Below, piece after piece: positions 1 to 12,400 of a stretch of DNA of 64,000 bases. The stretch spans positions 920,975 to 984,974 of the forward strand of contig NW_002060964.1 in the NCBI RefSeq assembly GCF_000150275.1, given 5' to 3'. This DNA is from Trichoplax adhaerens. Its lineage: Eukaryota > Animalia > Placozoa. A model generated the notes under the pieces. That model was not told where the DNA came from. It saw only the letters and a program-made list of their open reading frames with translations, and did no database searches. Positions within the stretch are counted from its first letter, which is position 1; each line of letters starts with the position of its first letter. The position numbers and the translations under genes are program-made.

Positions 1-3000
1 TTCGAAGGCTAGAATCTTCCATGATTTACTAGATGCAATTTCTCGAAATTTTGATAGAACATCGATACCTATTTCAGAATATGTCATGTAGACAGGGAAA
101 AAAATTTCAATACGAAAAACTGTATAGTTGTTGATAGGTAAAGTTAATCAATCTTAATAAATAAAAATGGTTTAGCTATTTAGCATCACCATTTATAATG
201 TAAGATAATTAGTATACAGAATATACATTATGGTTATATTATCAAAATCAGAAAATTTTTAATTGTAAACTAGATTGTGCTATTCTTTCAACTTATGAGT
301 AGATATTCATCGTACCAGAGTCCGCATAAGATGCTAATAGAGCCATTTTAGTCCAACCATAATACTCAATAAAAGAAGCAAGGGCCTTACTTTTGGCAGT
401 AGATACTGGAAGCATTCGAAGTAAGAAATTATAATTTGGACTGTTAACTAGATTTGCATCTACTGTATTAGGTGCAATGTGCGGCATATGCAACTTTGAG
501 CAAGCAATTTGAGTTCCGACAGCTGCACTTGGAAGTATTGGTCCGATGATAGCTACAACTCCTTCCTTCATGGCATCACATGCTATTTTCAGATCGAAAT
601 TAAGATCAGTCAAAATACGTCTATCTTTAAATAATCATAGTGTCTGTTTTAATGCAATCTACTTTCACTCACCTTTATGGAAATTATCGTATGGGCTATA
701 TAAGTCTGCGATATGAAATGATGCGGATATCTTGCTGTGATTCAACTTAATATCATCAATCTCATTACTATTAATCATATCTAGAGCTAATTGAACAGCT
801 CGTTCTATTTTATTATATCTCGCAGGTAGTAGAATCCCTACATGATGAGCGAAATAAGAGACTTATTTACGAATACAAGCTTATACAGGCATACTAATAT
901 GCAGTATAGCAGTGAAATATAACGCTAATAATACTCGAAAGGATGACTGAATTAAATTCTCTTTTAATGCTATTATGTGGTCTCTAAATCCATTGCAATA
1001 CTAACGATTTATCAATAACATGAAAAATTTATTGATCAATACTGTAGCTCCGGTATTTTAATGGACTGTAGATAATTGTATCTCTTGAATAAAATCAGAA
1101 TTTCTGTATCGTAGAAATCTTGTCTAACTTTCCGATACTAAAATTATGAGATAATGAAAACAAAGCAAGAAATAATTTAAAGTCTTTAGTTACAGTGCTC
1201 ATCTAGAAAACTAAATATGCTTATAAGTTATTAAAATTAATAACCTAATATGTATGATGCCAATCCGGTCTAAATTATACAAAATCACTAAATTACAGCA
1301 AATAGCCTGCAACTAAAAGCCAGAATAGATCTGGTACTTGTAATAAGTTATTATCGAGTTAGCCTATTTACAGTATCATACGCTAATGCTAGATCAAATT
1401 AAGTAATTCAGTCATTCATTAATTCAAACATTACGTAAACAGATAGAATACTGTTTAGACGCATGCAATTATTAGCATTGTAGGTAAGTTTATTATCTGC
1501 TTTATTACATTATAATAAAATTCACATAAAAGCAAAGGTAGCTAAAGTATTCGACAACTTAAATGCATTAGTACCAATAGCTGGCAAAGTACGGTAATGT
1601 ACATAAGATTTTGTTGTTAACCGATTATTATTAACTGATAATTTTTTATTTTTTTACGATATTAAAACTTTACTATTAAAATGCTTTAAGTAATAGGTAC
1701 AATAAAATACCAAAATATCTATGAAGGATATAATAATTAATTTAGAAATTAATTTGCGAAAACATTCTTCAACACTTTTCAAACCACAAATATAACGTCA
1801 GAATAATTAAAACTCTGTAATATCATACAAAGCATATATTTAAAAATCACAGGTACATAATATACGGCAAGTTTCATTAACGATTATGACCTTATTTATT
1901 AGCCATTGAAAAAATACCCCTTTTCTCATATACCGTAGTCAAATAACAAGCTCATCGGCTGACAATCTCTTAAATTCGACTTATGGAGTAATAAGGCACC
2001 ATTTAGAGCAATCTTTAACTCTATTTTAACTCTATTTTAATTGTAGAGCTTGAATACAATTAATTAATACCCTGTTTAGATTAGGTTCATAGGAATCCTT
2101 GACTATTTACGCGTACTATACGTATTAAACTAATATAAATTAATTCCTCTATGAAATATCATCTTGTTACGATGCGTAAGCTCGTCCTAATTATTTGCCA
2201 AGATTCCTTCAGTAATAAATGATAGTAAATCTCTGACTATCTCGTCTACATCATCTGTGACGCTATAATTATACCATAGTATTCGGTCGTTGGAACTGAA
2301 TTATTTGGTGATATAGCTAATCTCGCCTCTTTAAGTTAGTAAGTGGCGTTCTCCGCAAGGATTGGCGTGTGTAGACTACTTTGTCACTAGTAGTGTGCGA
2401 CACATCTTTAACTCCATTTAATGTTAGAGCTTGAATACAATTAATTAAAACCCTGTTTAGATTAAGTTCATAGAAATCCTTGACTATTTACGAGTACTAT
2501 ACGTATTAAACGAATATAAATTAATTTCGTTATGAAAAACCTAGCAAAAACACATAATTTTATGAGATATGTATGGAAGATCAGATGACAAAATATCATA
2601 TTTAAATGCAGACAACCATTCGATACTTATGATGTATCTGCTGTATATGTGGAATAATTCGGCAGTCTTTTAGTACACTAAAATCTAAGTTATCTCCATC
2701 TAAATCTACGTGATTAAAATAAATCAGTTTCGTTTTATATAAAATTTAATTATTTTTATGAGCAACATTAAAGGAAAATCAGATTTCGTATGTGTCTATG
2801 GCTAACTATAGACAGTCTTTAATACTTTTAGTATATCTATAATGCGTGCTTTAGCAAATATCGAGTAATGCATCATCTTTTAATGCATCAAGTTTAATTT
2901 TTACCTATCGAAGTCTATAAACTAACATTAAATCAGATGCTTACAGTATTGTGCCTATTAAATGTAGTTCGTCACCTATCAGTAATATAATTTCAGATCA

Positions 3001-3120
3001 TATAAGAGTTTTACATTACTCACCAAGGCGATATGTTGCTTTTGTCCTAACGTTAACCCCGGCAACTAAACCTACTGATCCACAAAATAATGGGAAATAA
3101 ATGAAAAATGATGCTAACAT
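1..3120 (-). CDS. Ionotropic glutamate receptor family subunit, paralogue A (5' part only: signal peptide and start of the amino-terminal domain; continues off the left edge)
   Basis: GT-AG exons 3120-3024 (MLASFFIYFPLFCGSVGLVAGVNVRTKATYRL, signal peptide), 837-673 (GILLPARYNKIERAVQLALDMIN...), 582-316 (ACDAMKEGVVAIIGP...MPHIAP...LLRMLP...FIEYYGWTKMALL) and 68-1 (GIDVLSKFREIASSKSWKILAFE). The motifs are typical of the iGluR LIVBP-like ATD. Exon lengths 97/165/267 are identical to the paralogue at 6408-15614. Confidence 0.9.
2011..2536. repeat. Imperfect ~130-bp direct repeat pair inside intron 1 of iGluR paralogue A
   Basis: The block tagagcttgaatacaattaattaa.accctgtttagatta.gttcatag.aatccttgactatttacg.gtactatacgtattaaac.aatataaattaatt starts at 2044 and again at 2425 (offset 381 bp) with few substitutions. 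Confidence 0.85.
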
Positions 3121-6100
3121 TTCGTATTTTCTAATTACTTGGTGTCGGAGCAAATTCTCGATCTTTATCTAAATGATAGAAATAAGCACAACGTTGATTA
3201 AATAACGTATTCTTTAATAGCGCAACCTTTAAAATTGACGCATTCAATATTTTATGGATACGTACAAATCATTAAAAGTTAATTGTCAAAACCTTGGATA
3301 ATAGCTTGCCATGTAACAGTTAAATTTTTAACTTACTTAGATTCTCCAATGAGATTTATCATAGCTAGGACTTGGAAGTCTGATCAAAAATAGGGATCTG
3401 TAGTAAATAGCCCTTATTCTTCAATTAGACTCTTTTGCAACATCTACCTTTAGAAGTCCATCCCACAACAAAGTAATCTTACCAATTGAATTATTCGAAA
3501 TAATTTATAAATAAGTATGACATTCTCTACTCCAATTAGTTTCAAATCATATGATTAAACTTGTTATGATTTATGTACAATTAATTACTGCAATATTGTA
3601 ATACTAGAATTTAATTTTTTCAGTCTCGTCACTACTTTCCTCAAGTAAGCACCAAAGAAACATAATACAAAATTATAATACTAAAGATATTATATGCGTA
3701 AAACTATGATCGATCTGAGACTTGGTTACGATCAATGCGTACATTATCAGACAACTTTAGAATTATAATTTAATACAGACTCATTAATGATGTTAGAAAA
3801 TCGATCGTTCTCGCCAATAAATAGAGTTTACTGTATAGAAAACAACATATAGTTATAAATTTTGATGTAAAATCTCTAATTATGGGGGACAAAGTAATGC
3901 ATTATTGACAGTGGAAAAGTTTAAGGGCGTGTATTGCATCAGCATAAATGACAACCTTCCGATTTTAATTCATAATTTTCCTTTCAATTCTATTCCTTTT
4001 GTAACAATCTTCAGGCTCGAATTATTTACCAGAAAAATAATCATTTGGAGTTTAATACACATCCGCCGAAAAGATGAGAGTAAATAGATGTATATAATAT
4101 GATTCCGTTATAAATTATTGAATGCAGTCAGTATCTCGTTTTTGAAATAAATATGGACCTAACTAATAATGCTTTATGTAGATTTTCAAGTATAGTAGCT
4201 ACAGTAGAGGACAGAATGAAAACATTTTTATAGTCCTGTAGTATGTATTCGTAGCATGTATACGCTGCTGCTAAAATTCAATGGCTTGTATTGCAAAACA
4301 TTACGATTAGAAAATTTTATTGGTTATACGATTGGGAAACATTAGTCAGTCATTTATAGATACTAAATTAGTCGTATATTGTTAATAATGCATAGTAAAA
4401 ATAAATAGGTAACTTCTAGACATGATATTGCAGAGCAAACAAGAAATCATTTCTGTGGTAGCAAACAGTGTATTTTAGATACTTTAGACATGTGTTGTTT
4501 CAGTGTTAGAATTGCATCCTTAAACAAGTCCAAAGATCATCGTACTGATATTAAAGAAATCTTGGTCAAAACCACAAATTTGTGTTGACTTATCTTTATT
4601 TTACAAGTAAAAATTTAATCAACTTTTAGTGAAAACAATAGGTAAACTATGATTTTACTAATTTATAATTACTTCCTAACAAGAATTTTCTGAATTGATA
4701 ACATACAAATCGTTCAAATAAATACGTTAAGAAAAGTTTCATTTCTATATATTAATTATAGGCATCATCAGTGTCGCCGTTTTCAAATGGCATTGCTGGT
4801 GAAATCATCTTAAAGACACAAAAATTGGAAACTGCTAACTATTGAATAATCATGCAAAATACTATATTTATACTAACAATCCATTGCAAACTCATTCTGC
4901 AATCCTCAAACACCATAACAGCTAATGAGGAGTTCAAATTCTGTTCAAATTTTAATCTTTATTTTCGATAAAAATGGATTATTACTGCGCTTAGTGCTAT
5001 GGAATCTTCTAGTATTGAAGTCGGCTAATCACTCATTATCGTTAAAATTATCTTGGAAGTGCAAGTGTACACTCTAGCAATATTAGTTAGATTGATGAGG
5101 TCAAAGCAATAATAATTATAGTAATCTACGGTTTGAGACCTAACAAAGGTATTCGCTGATTGCTCGAGGTACTCTGACTAAAGTTCAAAAGATACACTTA
5201 CGATGGGATTAAGCTTCTTTATTCAGCGGTAGTAACCAACTGCTATAAGAGATCTCTTATAATTGCAACTAGGACATCCGTAAGTGTATTCAATCTCTGC
5301 TATTTGGTACTCCTCTAATTTATAAACATGTGTACTTTTATGTGCGATTAAATTAAGTTGGGTACAGTTTCAAATTAAAATACCGTAACAAACCGATATC
5401 TACATAACTTATGCAGTATTAAGTTGGGTGATTAGCCTCAAGCTACACCGAATCGAAATCTCGATGAAACGCTAACAAGCAGCTTCATTTTAAACTAATA
5501 CTACAGAATCGTAGCAATGTTATAGTCTATTCTTAGAACAAATTGCCTTCGAGGATGGAAGCATATTTCACTATTTGATTTACCGTATCTATAAAAATTC
5601 ACCCTGTAGTACAACGTTTATACTCAGTGGTGATAAAGTGCCTACATAATAATAAAACAAGAACTACCTTACAATTTCTTGTAAATAGTACTTTATTGCA
5701 TAAATTAGATTTGTCTAATAAGTCTAACAACTACCAAGGACTAGCTAATTACGATCCGACTACCGCATCTCAATATTATTACAGCAAATCCAACATTTAC
5801 ATGCAATCAGTTACGGAAAGATTCTTTTAGCAATACAATCACATCCTGCTAATTACATCGTAAGATTAGTTTTAATTTTCTATCGTGATCTAGCTATCTA
5901 CGTTTAATTTATCTATTTTCGTACAATTGCATATTAATTTTTAATCTTATGATGTTTAGGGCTGCTCTATATCAAGTCTAAGACTGAAGTAATTTATTCT
6001 GATCACTTTTTTTTGATATAAACACTCTCCTATCATACTTCCGTTATTCTAAAAGCAATTTTTATAATTACTTGGACGCACAAATCGTTCAATACGCCGA

Positions 6101-6407
6101 ACATGTATGTACTATATGAACAAGTTGTTACAACGATTTATCATGTTCACACTAGAATAATGATTAAACGTATGACTAGTACTTATGAAAAAAGGACTTC
6201 TTGTATTACTTTAGTACCGTATAGAAATAGTCTTGTATTATTAGCTAAGCTAAGTAATATAAAATAACTGCAAGTAGGCATGATGCTATAGGCACAGAAT
6301 ACTGATGCATTTGTAGCAATAAATTTCTTTCCATTAATGTATTCATTTGCCTTATAAAAAGCACTTTATAAGTACGATATCCGTATCATCTCTTGCAAGG
6401 CGGTAGT

Positions 6408-9400
6408 TTATATTAATGTTGACGTCCTTTTAGTCTTAGTCACGCTTAACTCTCCTGTATTGCATCTGTCTGTTTTATCCTTACAAAATGTCGCTGAAAA
6501 TGAATCATTTATGATATATAGAAATCGTTTCTTTACGGCGCCTGCAAAGGATATCTAATTAAGGAATAAATTAGACGATCAGAAAATTTCCTAAATAACT
6601 TGTACTAACTCATGTATTGATTTAATGTATCTTTTGCCAGAAATTCAATCTTCAATAAATTTGATTACCTTCATATAATGCCTTCGAGTATCCTTGATAG
6701 CAGCCACAATCCATTCGGTAATCAGTATGGCAAAGCTAAATCCTACCGTTGCCAACAGTATATAAAATACCCCGATTAAACTTTCAAATTTAACAGGATC
6801 ATGACTTGTTGATTCAGAAACGGCTTTGCACTTCCCTTCGAACCTTTTCCCAATCAAATTAATTATGATTATAAATCGTCACCAACAATATTATCACTGT
6901 CATATGTAGCAGCTAAAATACTCGTAGCGCTATAATATTGCAGATGATTATTAATTTTTATGTAATTTGGTGTAGTACGGTACCTCGCATAATGATAAGT
7001 AGAAATATGCGATATTATGTGTTAACATCCGTACGGTATGAACTGTATATAGGTTAGCAGGTAAATAAGGTCGAGCTTATAAAATAAAAGATATCTTCTC
7101 TGCAGCGATCTACGCGTTAGATTGCGTTACTATGGTGATGAAATATTTAATATTCACTTTACTTAAGAATTAAAGAATAATAATTATTTCTTACTAAATA
7201 CCATTTTGTCTGTAAAGTTTCTAGAAACCCTTCCTCACGAAATCTTAATATTTGAATGCTAACTTCTTTCCAGTAAAGCGATTCTTTTGGTAGCGCCAAG
7301 CCAAAGCTGTCTTCTTTAAAACTTCCAACTGTAGTCAAATTACAATACTGACTTTTGGCATATTTAAGTACTGCAGCATCTCCAATATACGCATAATGCT
7401 CAGTTGTACTAGAAAGTACGCGCTGAACACCTTCCATATTGCTACGAACATTCTTTAAATTATGCTTCATTTCCTGATAAGGTGAGACAGCAGTGTTCAA
7501 GAAGAAATATTCAATGCTGCTATTCGCTAAAACTCCATATCCCATGCCTGAACTTTTTGCCAAATCATGTAAGGAATTAAATGCTAATGAAATTTTTTAG
7601 TATTTCCAATCATATAAATAAAAATAAATGCAAACATTCTGTCAGAACGAAATCAATAAAATCAAATCAGGCTAGCCTTAGCAATAGCTAATAGATGTAA
7701 AAAGTTCAATAATGCTACTAATTTAGTTTACTGATGGCATGCTACATACTAGTTTGTAAACTGCTGACAGTCAAAAAGGCAGTTAAATTAGCAGTGTAGG
7801 TAGCAATAATAATAACAGAAGATAACCACCAAATTGCTGTAATTAAACGTGCTGATATCGATCTTGGTGTTCTATCAGCCCCTTGGGACAGAAAGGATCC
7901 CAATGTATACCACAAAGTATTCCCAAACGAAAAGGCTTCCAATGCTTCTTCCTTCTCCATTTGCCAATAGTCATAATTATGCTGTAGTTTGCTTCCACTT
8001 TGATAGCGATCTTCCAACATTTGTAGCTTTTCTGCAGCTTTACCATAATAATCGAAAGGACTCCATCGATTCATACATGTAGTCGCTATTGCTACCACTA
8101 TCAGTGATATTAAAATTCCAATCCAAACCTCAATTTTAAGGGGTAAAAATGCTTGAAATAAAGAATTGGCCTCATTTTTTTTCGTTAACGTTAAGACAGT
8201 TAAACCTTGATTCATGAATGGCATAGTAAAATCTAGTGCTTGTTGTCGTTCTGGGGTTATAGAGAGTGGTGCAGCGGCCATATCGGCTATCTATTAAAGA
8301 AGCAGAAAGAGCGTTGAGGGAAGAATAGCCATCTACACTGTAATAATCTGTCACTAGTAAGTGTGCAAAATTTTCGTCAATATTAACTAAGCAGACCACC
8401 GTAGTCATTTAGTAAGGTAATTATAGCTTGTCTACTTAGCGTTAATACGTGTATTGTATACGAAAAGTGAGTATAAGATCTAAAATAAATCATATATTTA
8501 GCCATATAGTAATACTTGTAATGGTTATGTCATGATTTACATTGATTCAGATATCATGACTGATTACAACTAAATCATTTATAATGTAATTAACATGAAT
8601 TCCAAGTGAGTCTTTACATTAGATCTCACGAGACAATGTAATAGATAGATTTAAATTGATTTATGATTTAGTTAGTAAAATTTTCATTATCTCGTATCGG
8701 TGTTGTCTTATAGTAATTCTTTCAGTACTGTAACTGTAACAAATTTGGATTGATTAAATTATTTAAGATCTATTAAAAAAATGGGATCTGTGTACGTTGT
8801 ATTGAATATTTATATTTAGCAGATTGCATCTATATCTGATGTCTTTACTGTAGCCCTTATGAAATAATATGCCTTTATTGGATTTAGATATCACAACTGA
8901 TATTTATAATATATCAATATTATCCGTATATTTTCTCTTTACTGTAATCTTTGTAAAGTTAACCGATCTGTTCGCGTTTGTATTCGCGGTGATCCTTGTA
9001 AAAACGTTACAGTTTAAATTAATTTAGATATGATACCCGGTACCTGATTAATAACTTATAATTAGATGGATAAGACTTGGATACGCAGTATTGTTTATTT
9101 GTTATATATTGCTAGTATTGTTCAACGATTAGATATGTAAGAAGTGACGTAAAATCGAGGTTGTAAGATTAAATTAGTATCGTAAAACGGATTAATTTAT
9201 CTGCAGCAGGAATTATAGTAGCCTGATTCTTGTTCAAGATACCAACTGTTAAATATTTTAAACATCAATATTATCTATCGTAGAAATATTTACTACTTCG
9301 TAACCTTGTATGAGACCAATAGCATAATATTTTATGCATCTGATATCGGCTAACATCTGTATCATTATTGACAAAACGTAATTACGATCCTATTTATAAT

Positions 9401-12400
9401 AGTGGGTAAAGTTACATAATAGTATGGTACTTACCCCATCTATCACTTCGCCTATTACGCCGGTCCATTTTAACGCTCCATTTTTGTCGGTGTATTGTGA
9501 ACCATACTGACCATCGGCAACTATTCTTATTTTATAAGTAAAATTTAAATTCTTACTCATTTCATCGAGTAAATCAATAATATAGCCTCTGTATTTTCTG
9601 CCAGTTATAGCATAATCTCGATCTGCCATTGTGAATGGCGCATCCTAAGAAATAGAACATAAAATTTAGCCAATTTAGGTTATACGATTGCACCGCAAAT
9701 ATGTGCTGTAGATCTAATCAATTCCTTGCTCATTTGAATTTATCCTGTGCCATAATACGATTATCTTAATACATGCAAAGTAGATAGCAGCTTTCGATTA
9801 CTAAAAAATAATGTATGCGTATTATCTTTTACGTACAATTAGGAGCAAAACAACTATGTTAATAACTATATGTGCAATTAGGATGGCTCTTTACGACATC
9901 TTGCAAATATTTTAAACGCCTGCGATTCCACCTAATACACGATTAAATAAATTCATTAACAAAACTATAGAACAAACTTACCAAAATTGTGGTCACAGTC
10001 AAAGTCTTACCACCAATAAATGAACCAGAATCTAAAATATGATTGACTCCGTTAAGAAAATAGATTCGATTGCGATCTAGAATTAAGTTGCGATGGTTAG
10101 TCCAACTTCCAACCTAAATAAGCACATGCAATCTGATAAGAAATTACTGACCAAAAATCTTCCAGTAGACTACTAAAATATAGGCATAGAGGTAATATTA
10201 GCTATTACAAGTTTCGTGACTACCTTAGCCCATGATTGACCATGTAAATTGATAATATCGTAGCCGACATTGCTAGGACCACCATTTGCATTGAAATTGA
10301 TCGATGAGGTTGTCGATGGCCCTGAAGCCTGAGGAAGGAAAATCCAAGTAAATTTCAATATTTTCTGATGTTCATATTCTAAATTTGTATTGAAATAGGT
10401 TTGCACACGATAACTACTCGTAAACTGATCTTATTAAGTAAGAAAGATAGTGATAAAACAGACCTTTTTAATGAAATGAAACATTTGATGACCTTGCTTC
10501 CAGGGCTTTGGATTAGATTTATCACAAATTACCTTAGCTGCCTTTGGCAGCTTCCCCTCGCGCACCATGGCTTGAATGCCATAGGCAACAGCCAAAACAG
10601 AATCAAAATAATGGAGATATAGGGGCTAGGTTGTAGGAAAAGATCGGAGAATAATTTAACTTGGAAACGCAGATCAATGCGTAAAAAAATAATCAAACTA
10701 CAGTAATAAAAATTATTTTTACTCGGGTTTTACACTAAACTTTAAATGATCTATTGATACCAAAGTTTTAACTCAGATTAGATATTAATCATAAACTACT
10801 ACGCCATTTTATACTATATAACATTCTAGCAATTTCTATAATAATTTTGGAGATCGTTTATAATACCTCTATAGTTTCATTGTAGCGAAGGTAATACCTG
10901 GCTGATACGTTCTGATATAGCTTTCCCCGATTATTATGATATGCTAATCCAATTAAACCATTCAAATTAGGAGGTAGCTGAGAAGTCTAAAAAGATTGAA
11001 AAGAGAGGTCACTGTATAAGACATAAGTTTCCCACATTTAATAATCATCTCTTATTTTTTGACTTTTGTGGTTTTAGATTTCAGTTACGTTCATCTCTAT
11101 GGTAATCTCAATCTAATTTTGTCGCATACAACATTAATATTTACTTCTGTTGCCATCCTACATTTATTGAGGATCTGTTGGGCTGCTATCTAGTGAAACT
11201 CTGAAAGAATTGCAGCAGCTTCTACTGAGTTATCAGTACTAATTTTAAATACCGTAGTTGCTGTGCAATTTTTGTAGGCCACCAGTAAAATATTTCATTG
11301 AGCAAAATATAATTCAAGCAACTACGTTGGATGATTGGCGCGATCTGTATACTGTACGTATCCTAACTAGCATACTTTTGAACTGCGTATACCTCTGCAG
11401 CTATAGCATCTACTGCTATCCAACACCATCCGCTATCCATCATTCCCATCTCTCGTGCACGTTCAAAAATTTTTAATGCTTCAGACGTTAAACAATTAAT
11501 AATGACTATCCTTGCGCCTTAAAAAAGAAATGGACATGTGGTTATTTATGTGACAGAACTGTCGAAAATAGAATAGTCTACAAACACCTGTACTTTATTT
11601 TAAGACATCTAGACTGTACACTAAGCTGCAGAAAAGCGCTTCTAACTACAAACTTTACAGCCTTATATATACTACGGCAGGCCAGCAGTGTTGTGTATTA
11701 GTGAAAATTGTAAGACTAATACTTAAAGCTCGGACCATACGCTAATGTAATTATCTCACTAAAGACTACCTGAAATTTGCTGTAAAACGTACAACTTGTG
11801 GTACTGTGGTGTAATAAAATATTAGAAAATGCTTCGGAAGAATCTAAGTGGGATAAAACTCGGATGTTGCACAGCATCTAGAATGTTGAATCTGTCATCC
11901 TCAAAATATAATTTCTTATCAAATTACCTGATTTTTTAATGCTCTGCAAGTTGGTTTCGATATCCAATAAATTTCCAGCTTGATCTATCTTAAATAGCTC
12001 AAATGCTAATATTCTCCAAGATTTTCTCGATGCAATTTCCCGAAATTTCGATAAAACGCTAACACCTAGTACAGATACAAGGGAAAATGAAGCAATCAAG
12101 CATCTATAACTTAATAATGTTTACAAAAGTTAATTTACCCGGGAAAAGTAGACTTATCCCTAGTTAATTATATACAGTCTTCCATAAATAAAACTAGATT
12201 TGTATCAAACTTCTATCTCTTCTTGATTTCATTAAATTACAATTTGCCTATTCATTCATTTATCATAGAAACATTTTACGATACCAAAATCCGTATTAGA
12301 TGCTAATATAGCCACTTTAGTCCATCCATAATACTCAATAAAAGAGGCTATAGCTAAGCTTTCAATAGTGGATACTGGCAACATTCGAAGAAGATAAGTA

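Noticed and set aside
7775-7801. Lurcher-type (A8T) constitutive-opening substitution in M3
   Set aside because: The Thr is at position 7 of SYTANLAAF (TYTANLTAF), not at the Lurcher position 8.
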